Assembly (NCBI GenBank): GCA_965227295.1
Contig: OZ245742.1
Location: 3,680,001-3,744,000, forward strand
Origin: Leptonemataceae bacterium
Lineage (GTDB): Bacteria; Spirochaetota; Leptospiria; Leptospirales; Leptonemataceae
Reading direction: 5' to 3'
Length of the DNA stretch: 64,000 bases
In this document: positions 38,675 through 49,224 of the stretch, piece after piece
How the letters are laid out: each line of letters begins with the position of its first letter
How positions within the stretch are numbered: the stretch's first letter is position 1
The notes under the pieces: model-generated
The model's database searches: none
Seen by the model: only the letters and a program-made list of their open reading frames with translations
What the model was told of the DNA's origin: nothing
Translations under genes and position numbers: made by a program

Positions 38675-40456
38675 ATGGCTTTTTCCGTCCCCACCACATC
38701 CGTCCTGACTTCCAATGCCTCCCCGCACGCTCGCGGCGAGGAACTGGCGCCCAATCCCGCGCTCGAATCCTTCGATATCTCCAACTACACCGGCGTGCGC
38801 GGTACGAATTTTTACGATACCGATCCGCTGTTGCATCGGATTATTGCACGGCACTCCGGGGACTACGCGGGGGATCACCGCGACGCCATGACGCAGCACC
38901 TGAGTGATTTCGGCGCGCTCGTGGGTGACACCCTGGATCGGCTCATCGACGCCGCGCACAAAGAAGGCAAGTACGGCGACGTCGTGAAGTATGATCATAC
39001 CGGCAATCGCATCGACGAGGTTCGTTACTGCCCCGAACAAATGGAAGCGCGTCGTTTGAGTTACGAGGCCGGCCTGGTGAGTCTCGATCATTTCCCGGAC
39101 TGGAAGTACGACTACACGATGTTGCATCGCATGGCCATGGCTTACGTTTCGAATCAAAACGGGGAGGCCGGCATCAATTGCCCGCTCGCCATGACCGACG
39201 GCATGATCCGCGTGTTGAAGGCCCTGGGTACCGAGGAACAACAGCAAAAGTATCTGCCGATGGTGGCCGGCCCGGAGAGTACTTCGTACTTCATGGCGGG
39301 CCAGTACGTCACCGAGCGCGTCGGCGGATCGAACGTGGGGCAGAACCGGACCACCGCGCGCCGCCGGGAAGACGGCAAGTGGATCCTGAACGGCGAGAAG
39401 TGGTTCTGCTCGAACCCCGGCGATCTCTGGGTCACGACCGCGCGGATTCAAAACGAACGCGGCGAAGACACCAACAGCATCGGCATGTTCCTGGTCCCGC
39501 GCATCACCGACGAGGGCGAGCTGAACGGCTGCCACATCTTACGCAAGAAGGATATTATCGGTTCGCGGGGCAAGATCACGGTGGAGACGGTCTATCGGGA
39601 CCTGGTCGCCGAGGAACTCGGTCGCCCGGCCCACGGTCTCGCAAACATGATCAAGTACGTCATCAATACATCGCGCATTCACGTGGCCGTGGCGGCCATC
39701 GGTATGTCCCGCCGCGCGTTCATTGAGGGCCGTGCGTACGCGGGGCATCGCGAGGCCTACGGCAAGAAAGTCGTGGAGTTCCCGACGGTGCTACGGACCC
39801 TCGCGGAAATGCAGATCCTGCACAGCACGATCGTGTGGACCTGTTTCCGTAACTTTCTTTTACGTGATGCTACGGGCAGTGAGTTCGCGAAGGCCGCGGA
39901 TTTGCTCACGCCGCTTTTGAAATACGCGTCCACGACGCATGCGACCTGGATCACCCACGAGGCCATGATGCTTCACGGCGGCAACGGTATCCTGGGCGAC
40001 TTCAGCATCCTGCCGCGGCTCCACAACGACGCGATCATCAACGAAACCTGGGAGGGCACGCACAACATCATCGGCGAGCATACGCTCAAGGCCTTCGGTC
40101 GTCCTAAGGTACGCGAAGCATACTTTAAGATGCTCGACGAAAATGTCGCCGGCGCCGGTCCGGAGCTTGCGTCGGCCGTAGCATCTTACGAGCGGGAACG
40201 CAAACTTCTGGATCAGGCCCAGAAGAATCACGAGTGGGCGGAGATGAACCGGCTCTATGTCTGCGATTCATTGTACCACGCCTTTGCGATTTCGGAGTGG
40301 ATCGCCCAGGCGAAGTTGAACGACGACGAAGTCGAGGTGATGCGAGGTTTTGCGCTGGGCCTCGCCGAGATCGCTGAGCGGGGCCGCCTGGGTCCGACGC
40401 GGCCGGACGGGATCTTCGCGGACCTCGCGCTCATGCAGAAGATCGTCGAGTACTGA
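38675..40456 (+). CDS. Acyl-CoA dehydrogenase family protein (AidB-like)
   Basis: CPLAMTDG, TERVGGSNV, NGEKWFCSN, HGGNG, WEGTHN. Confidence 0.9.
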   Translation: MAFSVPTTSVLTSNASPHARGEELAPNPALESFDISNYTGVRGTNFYDTDPLLHRIIARHSGDYAGDHRDAMTQHLSDFGALVGDTLDRLIDAAHKEGKYGDVVKYDHTGNRIDEVRYCPEQMEARRLSYEAGLVSLDHFPDWKYDYTMLHRMAMAYVSNQNGEAGINCPLAMTDGMIRVLKALGTEEQQQKYLPMVAGPESTSYFMAGQYVTERVGGSNVGQNRTTARRREDGKWILNGEKWFCSNPGDLWVTTARIQNERGEDTNSIGMFLVPRITDEGELNGCHILRKKDIIGSRGKITVETVYRDLVAEELGRPAHGLANMIKYVINTSRIHVAVAAIGMSRRAFIEGRAYAGHREAYGKKVVEFPTVLRTLAEMQILHSTIVWTCFRNFLLRDATGSEFAKAADLLTPLLKYASTTHATWITHEAMMLHGGNGILGDFSILPRLHNDAIINETWEGTHNIIGEHTLKAFGRPKVREAYFKMLDENVAGAGPELASAVASYERERKLLDQAQKNHEWAEMNRLYVCDSLYHAFAISEWIAQAKLNDDEVEVMRGFALGLAEIAERGRLGPTRPDGIFADLALMQKIVEY

Positions 40457-40625
40457 GCAGTATGTGAAGCTTGAAGACTACATCGCCAGGCTAACGCCGG
40501 CAGAACGCATCCATGTTGCCGCACAACCAATCGGCCGACGCATTATTGCAGGCGAAGGTCATCGATGTGGGGCGATGCGGAGGATGTTGCCCGGGTTTAT
40601 GGAGCAGGAATAGATTTCTGCGCAA

Positions 40626-41183
40626 TTACCAGAGCACGGCTTCGATCGCATCCATGGATAGCGTTCCGAGTTGCCGTGAGTCCAGGGCGTCCCGGCGGTT
40701 GTCAGCCAACAGAAAGATCTCACCGTCTTTTACGATCAGCGGCCCGGCAAAGTCACGGCGGATGCCCGAAACCGCATCGCCCGGATACTCGATGCTCTTC
40801 TGAATCTGGCGCTCCCAATCGGCGGCGACGGGCTCGTTATTGATAAAGAGCTTTCGCGCATGGATCTGTACCTGTTCGCCGGGCAGACCGACTACGCGGC
40901 GGACCATCCATTGCTCGTCGTCGTTCGGATGGCGGATCAGCACGATCGCGCCGCGTTCGAGAGACGTGGCGCTGAAGATTCTCAGGAAATAGGCTTTGGA
41001 GCCGGCGGGCAGCGCCGGGGCCATATCGGCACTCGACAGGACCACCGGAAAGACCAGAAAGCCGTGGATGATCCAGCGCAGGACGGCGGCGAGCACCAGG
41101 CCGATGACGGCGCCCCGAATCCAGTCACCGGTACTCAGGCCTTCTTTCCTGGTGGGTACAAGATCTCGATCACGACGGACCAT
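40626..41183 (-). CDS. Signal peptidase I (S26) homolog with atypical catalytic motifs
   Basis: TM, SSADMAPAL, MVRRVVGLPGE, IFLLADNRRDALDSR. Confidence 0.8.
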   Translation of the reverse strand: MVRRDRDLVPTRKEGLSTGDWIRGAVIGLVLAAVLRWIIHGFLVFPVVLSSADMAPALPAGSKAYFLRIFSATSLERGAIVLIRHPNDDEQWMVRRVVGLPGEQVQIHARKLFINNEPVAADWERQIQKSIEYPGDAVSGIRRDFAGPLIVKDGEIFLLADNRRDALDSRQLGTLSMDAIEAVLW

Positions 41184-41304
41184 ACGTAACAGAAGGGCGT
41201 GCGAGGCCGGGCGGGCCGTCAAGCAGAAGCTGTACGGTCTGATCGAGCCTGCCCCGGGAAAAACCGGTCGCTCCCAGGTCGGCACCGAAAATCATGTCCG
41301 CAGC

Positions 41305-42543
41305 GTGGCGGATTATCAGTACATCGACCGGCAGCATCAGCTCGACCTGGCAGTCACGTATCTGAGCGACAGCCCCGTCGTCGGGGTGGACACGGAGTCC
41401 TCGGGCTACTACACCTACTTCTCGGAGCTCTGCCTCATCCAGATCTCCGCCGGCAACCAGCACTACATCATCGATCCCCTGGCGCAGTTGAGTCTCAGCG
41501 GCCTGGGCGAGGTCTTCGCGAATCCGAACATCGTGAAGATCTTTCACTCCGCCGCCTCGGACATCGGCGAGCTGCATCGCGATCTCGGTTTTACGTTCAC
41601 GAATGTTTTCGACACCATGATCGCCTGTCGCATGCTCGGCCACGAGTCGTGTTCACTCCAGAGCCTGGTGAAGCAGTACATGAACATCGAGCTCGAAAAG
41701 AAAGAGCAGAAGTCGAACTGGAAGCGCCGTCCGCTCACCCGCTCGCAGTTGGATTACGCGCACCTGGATACGCTCTACCTCGCCGAACTCCGGGAGAAGC
41801 TCATCGCCCAACTGGAAGAGTTCGGGCTCATGGAAGAGGCCCGGGAAGAGTTCGACTGGATCGCCGCGCGTTCTGCGCTCAAGTCCGCGAACGAAGCGGA
41901 GGACCAGGCACCGCCGGAAGATGCGTGGACCCGGGTGCGCGGCGGCCTCGAACTTTCCCCCGAGGATCGCGGCATTCTGAAAGAACTCTACGCCGTGCGG
42001 GACCAGCGAGCACGCAAAGAAAACCTGGCGGCCTTCCGCCTGCTCACGAACGATGGCCTCATGCAGTTGTTGCGCGCGCGGCCGCGGAGCCTCGACGACC
42101 TCGGACGCCTGCGCGCTCTAAACCCCCGCATGGTAAAGAAGGACGGCCCGCGGATCCTCGCCGCCTTCGAGAATCCCACGCCCATCGCCGACGAGGACCT
42201 GCCCCGGCCGCCGGAATTGCAGCCGCATATCCGCCAGGTCCTGCGGCGTCTCAAGCGCTGGCGGGCACGCATCGCCGAGTACCGCGGCTTCGACACGGGC
42301 ATGATCATCAGCAATCGTTCGTTGATTGAGATCGCCGATCGCAAGCCGGAGAATCTGGAAGCCCTGGGCGAACTTGAGTTGATGACTGGGTGGAAGCTGA
42401 AAAACTACGGCGAGCACATCCTGAAAGTCGTGGACGGCAGCCACACCGGTGCATTGCCCGAGGGCCTGCCGCGTCTGCCGGAAGAGGTCCGCGAACAGAA
42501 GCAGGAGCGCCACAAGGCGGCTGGAAAGTCCCGACGGTCTTAG
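41305..42543 (+). CDS. rnd: Ribonuclease D (DEDDy exonuclease plus HRDC)
   Basis: GVDTE...LCLIQIS...IFHSAASD...SNWKRRPL...YAHLDT; two HRDC-like regions; GTG 41305 inferred. Confidence 0.88.
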   Translation: MADYQYIDRQHQLDLAVTYLSDSPVVGVDTESSGYYTYFSELCLIQISAGNQHYIIDPLAQLSLSGLGEVFANPNIVKIFHSAASDIGELHRDLGFTFTNVFDTMIACRMLGHESCSLQSLVKQYMNIELEKKEQKSNWKRRPLTRSQLDYAHLDTLYLAELREKLIAQLEEFGLMEEAREEFDWIAARSALKSANEAEDQAPPEDAWTRVRGGLELSPEDRGILKELYAVRDQRARKENLAAFRLLTNDGLMQLLRARPRSLDDLGRLRALNPRMVKKDGPRILAAFENPTPIADEDLPRPPELQPHIRQVLRRLKRWRARIAEYRGFDTGMIISNRSLIEIADRKPENLEALGELELMTGWKLKNYGEHILKVVDGSHTGALPEGLPRLPEEVREQKQERHKAAGKSRRS

Positions 42544-42592
42544 TTACATTATCCTCGATAACAGCACCGCATCACACAGGTACGGCATACTT

Positions 42593-43708
42593 ATGGCACG
42601 TGAACTGAAACTCAATCGATTGACTCTCATCAACATCGTTCTCGCGACTCTTTTGATCGGCGCGTTTTTGAGTCCGATCATCTACGGCGGATTTCGAGAC
42701 GCCTTCGTGGACCGCTACGTTCCTTCGGCGGAGCCGTTGACGGCCTCCCAGCAACGTGCGGCCCTGGACCTCCAGCAAGCCTACATTAACATCTTCGAGA
42801 AGGCGTCGCCTTCGGTGGTGTTCATTAAGACGAATGTGCTCGTGCGTTCGGGCTGGTGGATCGACGTCTACCGGCAACAGGAACAGGCGGGCTCCGGTTT
42901 CATCATCGACGAGGACGGCTACATCGTCACGAACAACCATGTCGTCGCCGGCGCGCGCAAGATCGAAGTCATCTTCAACGATAAGACCGTGGCCCAGGCG
43001 CGCGTCGTCGGCCGGGACGAATCCAGTGACGTGGCCTTGTTGCAACTGACCGGCTCCAACCACGATCTGGTGCCGGCCGTTCTCGGCGACTCGGACAAGG
43101 TCGAAGTCGGCCAACTGGCCTTTGCGTTGGGCGCACCCTTCGGCCTCGACCGTACGTTCACTGTCGGTACCATCTCCGCGAGCGGACGGCAGATCGACAA
43201 CTCACGCTACTCGCGCATTCAAACGGACGCGTCCATCAACCCGGGCAACTCGGGCGGCCCGCTGATCAACGTCTTCGGTGAGGTCGTGGGCATCAATCAG
43301 TCCATCTTTTCCACCAGCGGCGGCAACATGGGCATCGGCTTTGCCATTCCCATCAACGAGGCCATGGAGGTTGTGGCGCAACTCAAGCAGGAGAAACGCG
43401 TCATCGGCAAACCTACGCTGGGCGTGAACGTCGGCGTGCCGGCGAATACCCTGCGCGAAGAACTGGGCGTCGGCGAACGTGAGGGCGTGGTGGTCATCAA
43501 CGTGTTGCCGGGCTCGGCCGCCGAGGATGCGGGCCTGAAAGAGTACGACTTCATCCTCGAAGTCAACGGCAACGGCGTCAAAGAACCGCAGGACCTCATC
43601 AAGGAAGTGCAGCAGGCCGGCGTGGGCGGCGAGCTCTCGCTGCGATTGTTGCGCAAGGGCCAGGAGATTACGGTCAAGGCCACGGTGGGCGAGACCGTTT
43701 CGAATTAG
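42593..43708 (+). CDS. HtrA/DegP-like serine protease with PDZ
   Basis: GSGFII..VTNNHVV, DVAL, QTDASINPGNSGGPL, PDZ. Confidence 0.93.
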   Translation: MARELKLNRLTLINIVLATLLIGAFLSPIIYGGFRDAFVDRYVPSAEPLTASQQRAALDLQQAYINIFEKASPSVVFIKTNVLVRSGWWIDVYRQQEQAGSGFIIDEDGYIVTNNHVVAGARKIEVIFNDKTVAQARVVGRDESSDVALLQLTGSNHDLVPAVLGDSDKVEVGQLAFALGAPFGLDRTFTVGTISASGRQIDNSRYSRIQTDASINPGNSGGPLINVFGEVVGINQSIFSTSGGNMGIGFAIPINEAMEVVAQLKQEKRVIGKPTLGVNVGVPANTLREELGVGEREGVVVINVLPGSAAEDAGLKEYDFILEVNGNGVKEPQDLIKEVQQAGVGGELSLRLLRKGQEITVKATVGETVSN

Positions 43709-43711
43709 CGC

Positions 43712-44545
43712 ATGGCCTCTCACGTACTGGGCGTCGATGTCGGGAACTCCAACACCGTCTTCGGTCTCTTTGAAGATTCCGAGGACGGTTACACCATACT
43801 GCATCACTGGCGGACGGTAACGCGTCGGGACCGCACTTCGGACGAGCTCGGCATTTTTCTGCTGGGTTTCCTCGAAAGCATGCGCATCGATCCGGCGTCC
43901 ATCAGCGGGGCGATCTATTCTTCGGTGGTGCCGTCGTTTAATCCGATCGTCGAACGCATGGTGCGCGAATACTTTCATTCCGAAGCGCTGCGCGTGGATC
44001 ACGACAGCCCGCTGCCCATCGCCGTGCACTACGAACGTCCCTTTGAAATCGGCGCGGACCGCCTGGTAAATGCCAGCGCCGCTGTGGCCCTCTACGGCGA
44101 ACCGGGGGCGCCGGCTGCAAACGGCAACGGTTCGCCGGACCTCATCTGCGTGGACCTGGGAACGGCGACGACGTTCTGCGTGATCCACGATGCCGCCTTC
44201 GTCGGCGGCAGCATTGCCCCCGGACTCAAGCTGGCCATGGAGACCCTGAGCAGTCGGGCGGCCCAGCTTCCGCCGATCGAGTTTCGTCGGCCGCCGTCGG
44301 GGGTCGTCGGCGACTCCACGATTCATGCCCTGCAGGCTGGTTTCTTCTTCGGCTGGCGGGGCCTGCTCCGGGAGATTGTCGAGGAGGTACGTCGTTCGCA
44401 GCCGGAGCGCTCCTATCGCGTCGTCGCCACGGGGGGGCTGTCCACGACGTTTCACGCCGAGGCGCCGGGTCTCTTTGATTTCGTGGATCCGCTGCTGACC
44501 TTGAGAGGCCTCCAGATCATCTACCGATTCCGGAAAAACGGTTAA
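43712..44545 (+). CDS. coaX: Type III pantothenate kinase
   Basis: DVGNSN, SSVVP, IGADR, VDLGTATT, GGSIAPG, ATGG. Confidence 0.95.
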   Translation: MASHVLGVDVGNSNTVFGLFEDSEDGYTILHHWRTVTRRDRTSDELGIFLLGFLESMRIDPASISGAIYSSVVPSFNPIVERMVREYFHSEALRVDHDSPLPIAVHYERPFEIGADRLVNASAAVALYGEPGAPAANGNGSPDLICVDLGTATTFCVIHDAAFVGGSIAPGLKLAMETLSSRAAQLPPIEFRRPPSGVVGDSTIHALQAGFFFGWRGLLREIVEEVRRSQPERSYRVVATGGLSTTFHAEAPGLFDFVDPLLTLRGLQIIYRFRKNG

Positions 44546-44593
44546 CACCTCGGGACGGCGCGAGATCCTGGCCGGAACTCGCTGGAGCCGCGT

Positions 44594-44983
44594 TTGACGT
44601 ATCATCTGGTAAACTGGGGCATGACCGTCGCCGTCCTTTTCTTCGGAGTGGGCTACGCCTATCGCAAAAAAGACCTGCGATTGCACCGTCTGTTTATGGC
44701 TTCCGGAGTAGGCCTGACGCTGCTCGGCGCGCTCGTGCTGCTGGTTTCGGTCTATGTCATTCACGGCGGCGATCGCGAAGCGGCGGGCTTTCTGCCGGCG
44801 GCGCCGAACTGGGTGATCCTCACGCATCGCATCATTGCCTCGGTGACGTTTGTGACCATGTTCGTGATGGTCTGGTCCGGGGCCACGCGCCGTCGTTCAT
44901 TGCATGTGACCCTGCATCGCTGGTTCATCCCGCTCTATCTGGTGGTCTACGTCTCCGGGTTGATTGTGTTTAAGAACAATTGA
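44594..44983 (+). CDS. DUF420-like membrane protein
   Basis: 4 TM helices with His residues (LHRLFM, THRII, LHVTLHRW). Confidence 0.65.
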   Translation: MTYHLVNWGMTVAVLFFGVGYAYRKKDLRLHRLFMASGVGLTLLGALVLLVSVYVIHGGDREAAGFLPAAPNWVILTHRIIASVTFVTMFVMVWSGATRRRSLHVTLHRWFIPLYLVVYVSGLIVFKNN

Positions 44984-45023
44984 CGCTAAATATAACTTAA
45001 AGTAAAACTTACGGAATTCCCTC

Positions 45024-45866
45024 ATGGCTAAAGCTCGCAAGAACCTCACCGACGATCAGATTGCCGAACAGGCCCTGGAAATTCGCCGCATGGTCATTCG
45101 CATGGTGCACGCGGCGAAGAGCGGGCACCCGGGCGGTCCCCTGGGCCTGGCGGACATCTTCGCGGTCCTCTACTTCGACGTACTGAACATCGATCCGAAG
45201 AAACCGCAGTGGAAGGAACGCGACCGCCTGCTGCTCTCCAACGGCCATGTCTCCGCCGTAAGATACGCCGCCATGAAGTTAGCGGGCTTTTTCCCGAAGC
45301 TGGACGTCATGAGTTTTCGCAAGCTCGGCTCTCCGTTTCAGGGTCACCCGTCCACGGGATACTTGCCGGAACTGGAGTCCTCCAGCGGTTCCCTGGGCCA
45401 GGGACTTTCTCAGGCCGTGGGCCTCAGCCTCGGCGCGCGCTATCAAAAAGAAAAGTACCGGGTCTACTGTTGCATTTCCGACGGCGAGTGCGGGGAGGGC
45501 ATGACCTGGGAAGCGGCCACCGCGGCCGTGCATCATCGCGCGCCGGTCATTGCTTTCATGGATCTCAACGGTATTCAGATCGACGGTTTTACGAAAGACG
45601 TCTGCGACCTGGGGGATCTCGGCAAGAAGTTCGCGTCGTTCGGCTGGCGTGTTACCGAGGCGGACGGGCATGACATCCCGGCCGTTCGCCAGCGATTTCA
45701 CGAGGCCGTAGCCGCCGGTCCCGATGCCGGACCGCAGATGATCCTGTTCCGCACGGTTCTGGGCAAAGGGGTTTCGTTCATGGAAGACCAGTTCGGCTGG
45801 CACGGCAAACCCCCGAACGACGAAGAGGCCGCCCAGGCCCTGCAAGAACTCGGCGCAAAACTCTAA
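45024..45866 (+). CDS. Transketolase N-terminal subunit
   Basis: [34 protein letters not shown]. Confidence 0.92.
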   Translation: MAKARKNLTDDQIAEQALEIRRMVIRMVHAAKSGHPGGPLGLADIFAVLYFDVLNIDPKKPQWKERDRLLLSNGHVSAVRYAAMKLAGFFPKLDVMSFRKLGSPFQGHPSTGYLPELESSSGSLGQGLSQAVGLSLGARYQKEKYRVYCCISDGECGEGMTWEAATAAVHHRAPVIAFMDLNGIQIDGFTKDVCDLGDLGKKFASFGWRVTEADGHDIPAVRQRFHEAVAAGPDAGPQMILFRTVLGKGVSFMEDQFGWHGKPPNDEEAAQALQELGAKL

Positions 45867-47288
45867 GTGCCATCCACCGGTGACGTTCTGCGTCGCTGTG
45901 CCGCGGCCGCCACATTACTGCTGATCTTTCTCGGTCCGGTTTTCGTGGATCGACCGGCCTGGCTCTATGCCGCGTTGATTGCGGCGTCGATCACCTGGTT
46001 CGTTTCCCTCCGTTTCGCATTCACCGAACATGCTGCGGCGCGTACCACGGGGCTCGCCATGATGGCCGTCCTTGTATGCGCGTTCGCGCCGCCGTTTTTT
46101 TCGGACGATTCGCTGCGTCACGTGCACGATGGTTTCTATCTTTTGCAGGGTGTCGACGTCTACGCGATCCCGCCGTCGCATCTGCCCCCCGTCCCGGGTC
46201 TCGACCGTTTGCCCAATCATCCCGATGTGGGCACGATCTATTTTCCGTTTACGCAGATGCAGGCCCTGGCCGGGGCCGCGCTTTCGCAGCGCTATGGTTT
46301 CTTCGGAATCTACGCGCTGATTTGTTCCGGGTTAATGTTTCTGAGTTTTCGATTCGCTTCGGCCGGGGAACGTCGCGCCCTGGCGCTGCTGTATGTCTCG
46401 CCGGCGTTTTTGATTTTTGCGGCGTCGCGCCATGCGGATGTGCAGGGCCTGCTGCTTGCGATAAACAGTTACCTTCTGTGGCGTCAGGCGCGGTGCTCCC
46501 GACGAAGATCCGTGCCGTTCGCCGCGGCGGCCGGGGCGTGTGCGGTCTTGTTGGTCGGACTGAAACCCGAGGGAGTGGTCTATCTCGTGTTTCTGGGCGG
46601 CCTCGTGCTGCTTGCGCTCCTTCAAGATCGCCGGGGCCTGCACGGCGTCGCGGCCTGGACGGCCGCCGCTTTGTTTGTAACTTTCGTTCAGTTGATCTTT
46701 GCGCTGGTATGGATGTTTCCCTCCGCCGAAGCCCTGGAGGCCTTCCTGAGTACCGCACGTTTTTTTACGGACTGGTTCATCGGCTACAATCCCATGGTCG
46801 ATCTTTTGTTGTGGTTCGCCGACCCGGGCCTTGAGCGGCCGTGGTATCTGGCGGTCTATCGTTTGATGGTGCTCGTCGCAGGCCTGGTTCTGTGTGTGAT
46901 CCTGCTGCTGCGCCGGATTCACCGTGCGCCGGTGTGGTTCGCGGGGAGGGGCCTGCCGATTGCGCTGCGAGGCTGGGCCCGGGAGGCGCTGCTCGTGGCG
47001 GTTGCCGCCGTGGTCCTCTCGAAGGGAGTCTGGCATCCCTGGTATTTTTTGTGGTTTGTGCCGGCTCTGGGGCTGCGTCGGAACTTTCGGGCTGGGGCCT
47101 GGCTCTGCGCCGGCCTGGTGCTCGCCTACGGGCCGGTCTTTTACCTGCGCCGGGACGGAGTCTGGGGCGGATGGGAAGTCTTTTACGTTCTCACGGCGGT
47201 GTGGATCATCCTGGCACTTTCGGAGCACCGGCTGTGGATTTTTGGGCGGGTTCTTGTTGACAAATTGGGGAGTACGCGTCCTTCTTAA
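45867..47288 (+). CDS. Polytopic GT-C (GT87/DUF2029-like) membrane protein
   Basis: FSDDSLRHVHDG...NHPDVGTIYFP, HADV, HPWYFLW. Confidence 0.65.
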   Translation: MPSTGDVLRRCAAAATLLLIFLGPVFVDRPAWLYAALIAASITWFVSLRFAFTEHAAARTTGLAMMAVLVCAFAPPFFSDDSLRHVHDGFYLLQGVDVYAIPPSHLPPVPGLDRLPNHPDVGTIYFPFTQMQALAGAALSQRYGFFGIYALICSGLMFLSFRFASAGERRALALLYVSPAFLIFAASRHADVQGLLLAINSYLLWRQARCSRRRSVPFAAAAGACAVLLVGLKPEGVVYLVFLGGLVLLALLQDRRGLHGVAAWTAAALFVTFVQLIFALVWMFPSAEALEAFLSTARFFTDWFIGYNPMVDLLLWFADPGLERPWYLAVYRLMVLVAGLVLCVILLLRRIHRAPVWFAGRGLPIALRGWAREALLVAVAAVVLSKGVWHPWYFLWFVPALGLRRNFRAGAWLCAGLVLAYGPVFYLRRDGVWGGWEVFYVLTAVWIILALSEHRLWIFGRVLVDKLGSTRPS

Positions 47289-47292
47289 GGGT

Positions 47293-48195
47293 ATGGCGGA
47301 TTCCGGACAGTCCGGCGGCAAGCGCGAGGAGATCGAATTTCTCCTGACCTGTCTCGTGGAGACCGAGGGCGCCGAGTCCCGCCAGCTCGTTCTGGAGCGT
47401 CTGCTGCAGTTGATTCCCGTGGGCCACCATCCGGGGCGGTTCATCGAAGCCGTGGGCGAGCCGTCGGTGCGGGTGCAGCTCCGCGAGCGTTACCAGCGTT
47501 TCCTCAACGAACTCAAACTCCGCCACGATCTCAAGCAGCTCATGGACGGCGCCCCGGAGCAAGGTTCCGGCGATGTGGACCTGGAACTGGGGGCGTTTCT
47601 GATCTCGCGCCTGGGGGACAACCCGGAGATCGTACCACAGGACCTCAGCGGTCGCCTGGACGATCTGGCCGTGCCGTTGCGCAACATGCTCACGGCCATT
47701 CCGGATCAGGAGCACGAGGAGCGTCTCCGGGTCTTCCGACGCTATCTCTTCGAAGAACGCGGTTTCCGCGGCAACTCCGAGAACTACTACGACCCGAAGA
47801 ACTCGTTTCTTACGGAAGTGGTGGACGGCGGTGCGGGCATTCCGGTCTCCCTTTCGGTATTGTGTCTGCTTCTGGCCCGGCGCGTGGGCCTGCCGCTCCA
47901 CGGTGTCAATCTGCCGGGGCACTTCATTCTTAAGTATCAGGCGCGGGATTTTACCATCTATATGGACCCGTTCAACGACGGGAATCTGCTGACGGAAAAC
48001 GACTGTCTGAATTTTCTGGTCCGACAGGGACTGGAGCCGTCGGTGGTGTATCTGGCGCGGGCCGGAGCGCTGACCATCCTCAAGCGGATGTATCGCAATC
48101 TCATCAACTATCATTCGGCCATCGGCAACTCGCGCATGGAAAAGATTCTCCGACAACACTTCAGCATCCTGGAAAGCCACTCCATTCGTTCATAA
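47293..48195 (+). CDS. SirB1/transglutaminase-like protein
   Basis: GFRGNSENYYDPKNSFL..V...GIPVSLS...GVNLPGHF...DPFN. Confidence 0.88.
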   Translation: MADSGQSGGKREEIEFLLTCLVETEGAESRQLVLERLLQLIPVGHHPGRFIEAVGEPSVRVQLRERYQRFLNELKLRHDLKQLMDGAPEQGSGDVDLELGAFLISRLGDNPEIVPQDLSGRLDDLAVPLRNMLTAIPDQEHEERLRVFRRYLFEERGFRGNSENYYDPKNSFLTEVVDGGAGIPVSLSVLCLLLARRVGLPLHGVNLPGHFILKYQARDFTIYMDPFNDGNLLTENDCLNFLVRQGLEPSVVYLARAGALTILKRMYRNLINYHSAIGNSRMEKILRQHFSILESHSIRS

Positions 48196-48196
48196 C

Positions 48197-49192
48197 ATGC
48201 CGTCGATTTCCTCTCCTCTCACCAGGGCGGGACTGGTGCAACGATTCGATCGCAAGCTGGATCGCATCATCGGTGCCGATCTGCCCATCTTAAAAAAGAT
48301 CAAGAAGTTCGTCGTGAAAAGCGGCGGGAAACGCGTTCGCCCCATTACGCACTACTACGTGAGCCGCATTCTCGGTTACCAGGGCGGAGAGTGGGAGGAC
48401 GTCGGCGCCATCGGTGAACTCATCCACGCGGCTTCGTTGTTGCACGACGACGTCGTCGACGGGGCGAACATGCGGCGGGGCAAGCCCGCGGTGAACGCCC
48501 TGCACGGGAACAAAACGGCCATTCTGTCCGGCGACTTCCTGCTGGCCTGCGGTCTGGATCACCTGGGCACGCTCAGTCGTTCGAAGCAACTGCTCGGCGT
48601 GTTCACGCGGGTCATTCGGATGCTGTCCGTCGGTGAATTGCTGCAGATGGAATGGGAGCGGAACTTCAAGCTTCAGGAAAAGACTTACGACCGCATCATT
48701 CTCGGGAAGACCGGGGCGCTCTTCGGGGCCATGTCCGAAGCGGCCTATGTCCTCGCCGCGAAGTCCGAGGACGACATCGATCCCGCCGGGGTGGAGCGTT
48801 ACCGGGATTTCGGCGAACGTATGGGCCGGCTCTTCCAGGTGCGTGACGATTACCTCGATTACTTCGGTGACGCGTCTTCGAACGGCAAGGACCTCTTCCA
48901 GGATTTTCGCCGCGGCCTGGTTACCCGTCCCATCATCGTACTGCGTCAGGTAAGCACTGCCCGAGAACGGCGGCAACTGGCGCAGCTCTGGGATTCCGAC
49001 GAAAAGCGTTCTTCGAAAGAAGGCATCGAGTTCTTTCAGAGCCTGTCCGAAAAAAAGCACGTTCAGAAGAGGCTGGCCCGTGAAATCGAGGAAGAGGTGC
49101 ACGGCCTCATGCACTTCATGCGCACGCATCCCGGGAGTCCCTTCCGGGAAAAGGTCGTCGAGCACCTGAGTACCCTGCTCGTGCCACAATAG
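48197..49192 (+). CDS. Polyprenyl diphosphate synthase
   Basis: GGKRVRP, LHDDVVD, RRG, KTG, QVRDDYLD. Confidence 0.93.
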   Translation: MPSISSPLTRAGLVQRFDRKLDRIIGADLPILKKIKKFVVKSGGKRVRPITHYYVSRILGYQGGEWEDVGAIGELIHAASLLHDDVVDGANMRRGKPAVNALHGNKTAILSGDFLLACGLDHLGTLSRSKQLLGVFTRVIRMLSVGELLQMEWERNFKLQEKTYDRIILGKTGALFGAMSEAAYVLAAKSEDDIDPAGVERYRDFGERMGRLFQVRDDYLDYFGDASSNGKDLFQDFRRGLVTRPIIVLRQVSTARERRQLAQLWDSDEKRSSKEGIEFFQSLSEKKHVQKRLAREIEEEVHGLMHFMRTHPGSPFREKVVEHLSTLLVPQ

Positions 49193-49224
49193 CGTAAGTC
49201 AAGGCCGGGCGTCCGGCGGCGCTT

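Noticed and set aside
40464..40613. Short ORF VKLEDYIARLTPAE after the acyl-CoA dehydrogenase
   Set aside because: 49 codons with no recognisable motif; possibly a remnant but unsupported
43202..44827. 541-aa minus-strand ORF
   Set aside because: Antisense to the HtrA-like, coaX and DUF420 genes in GC-rich DNA; no motifs
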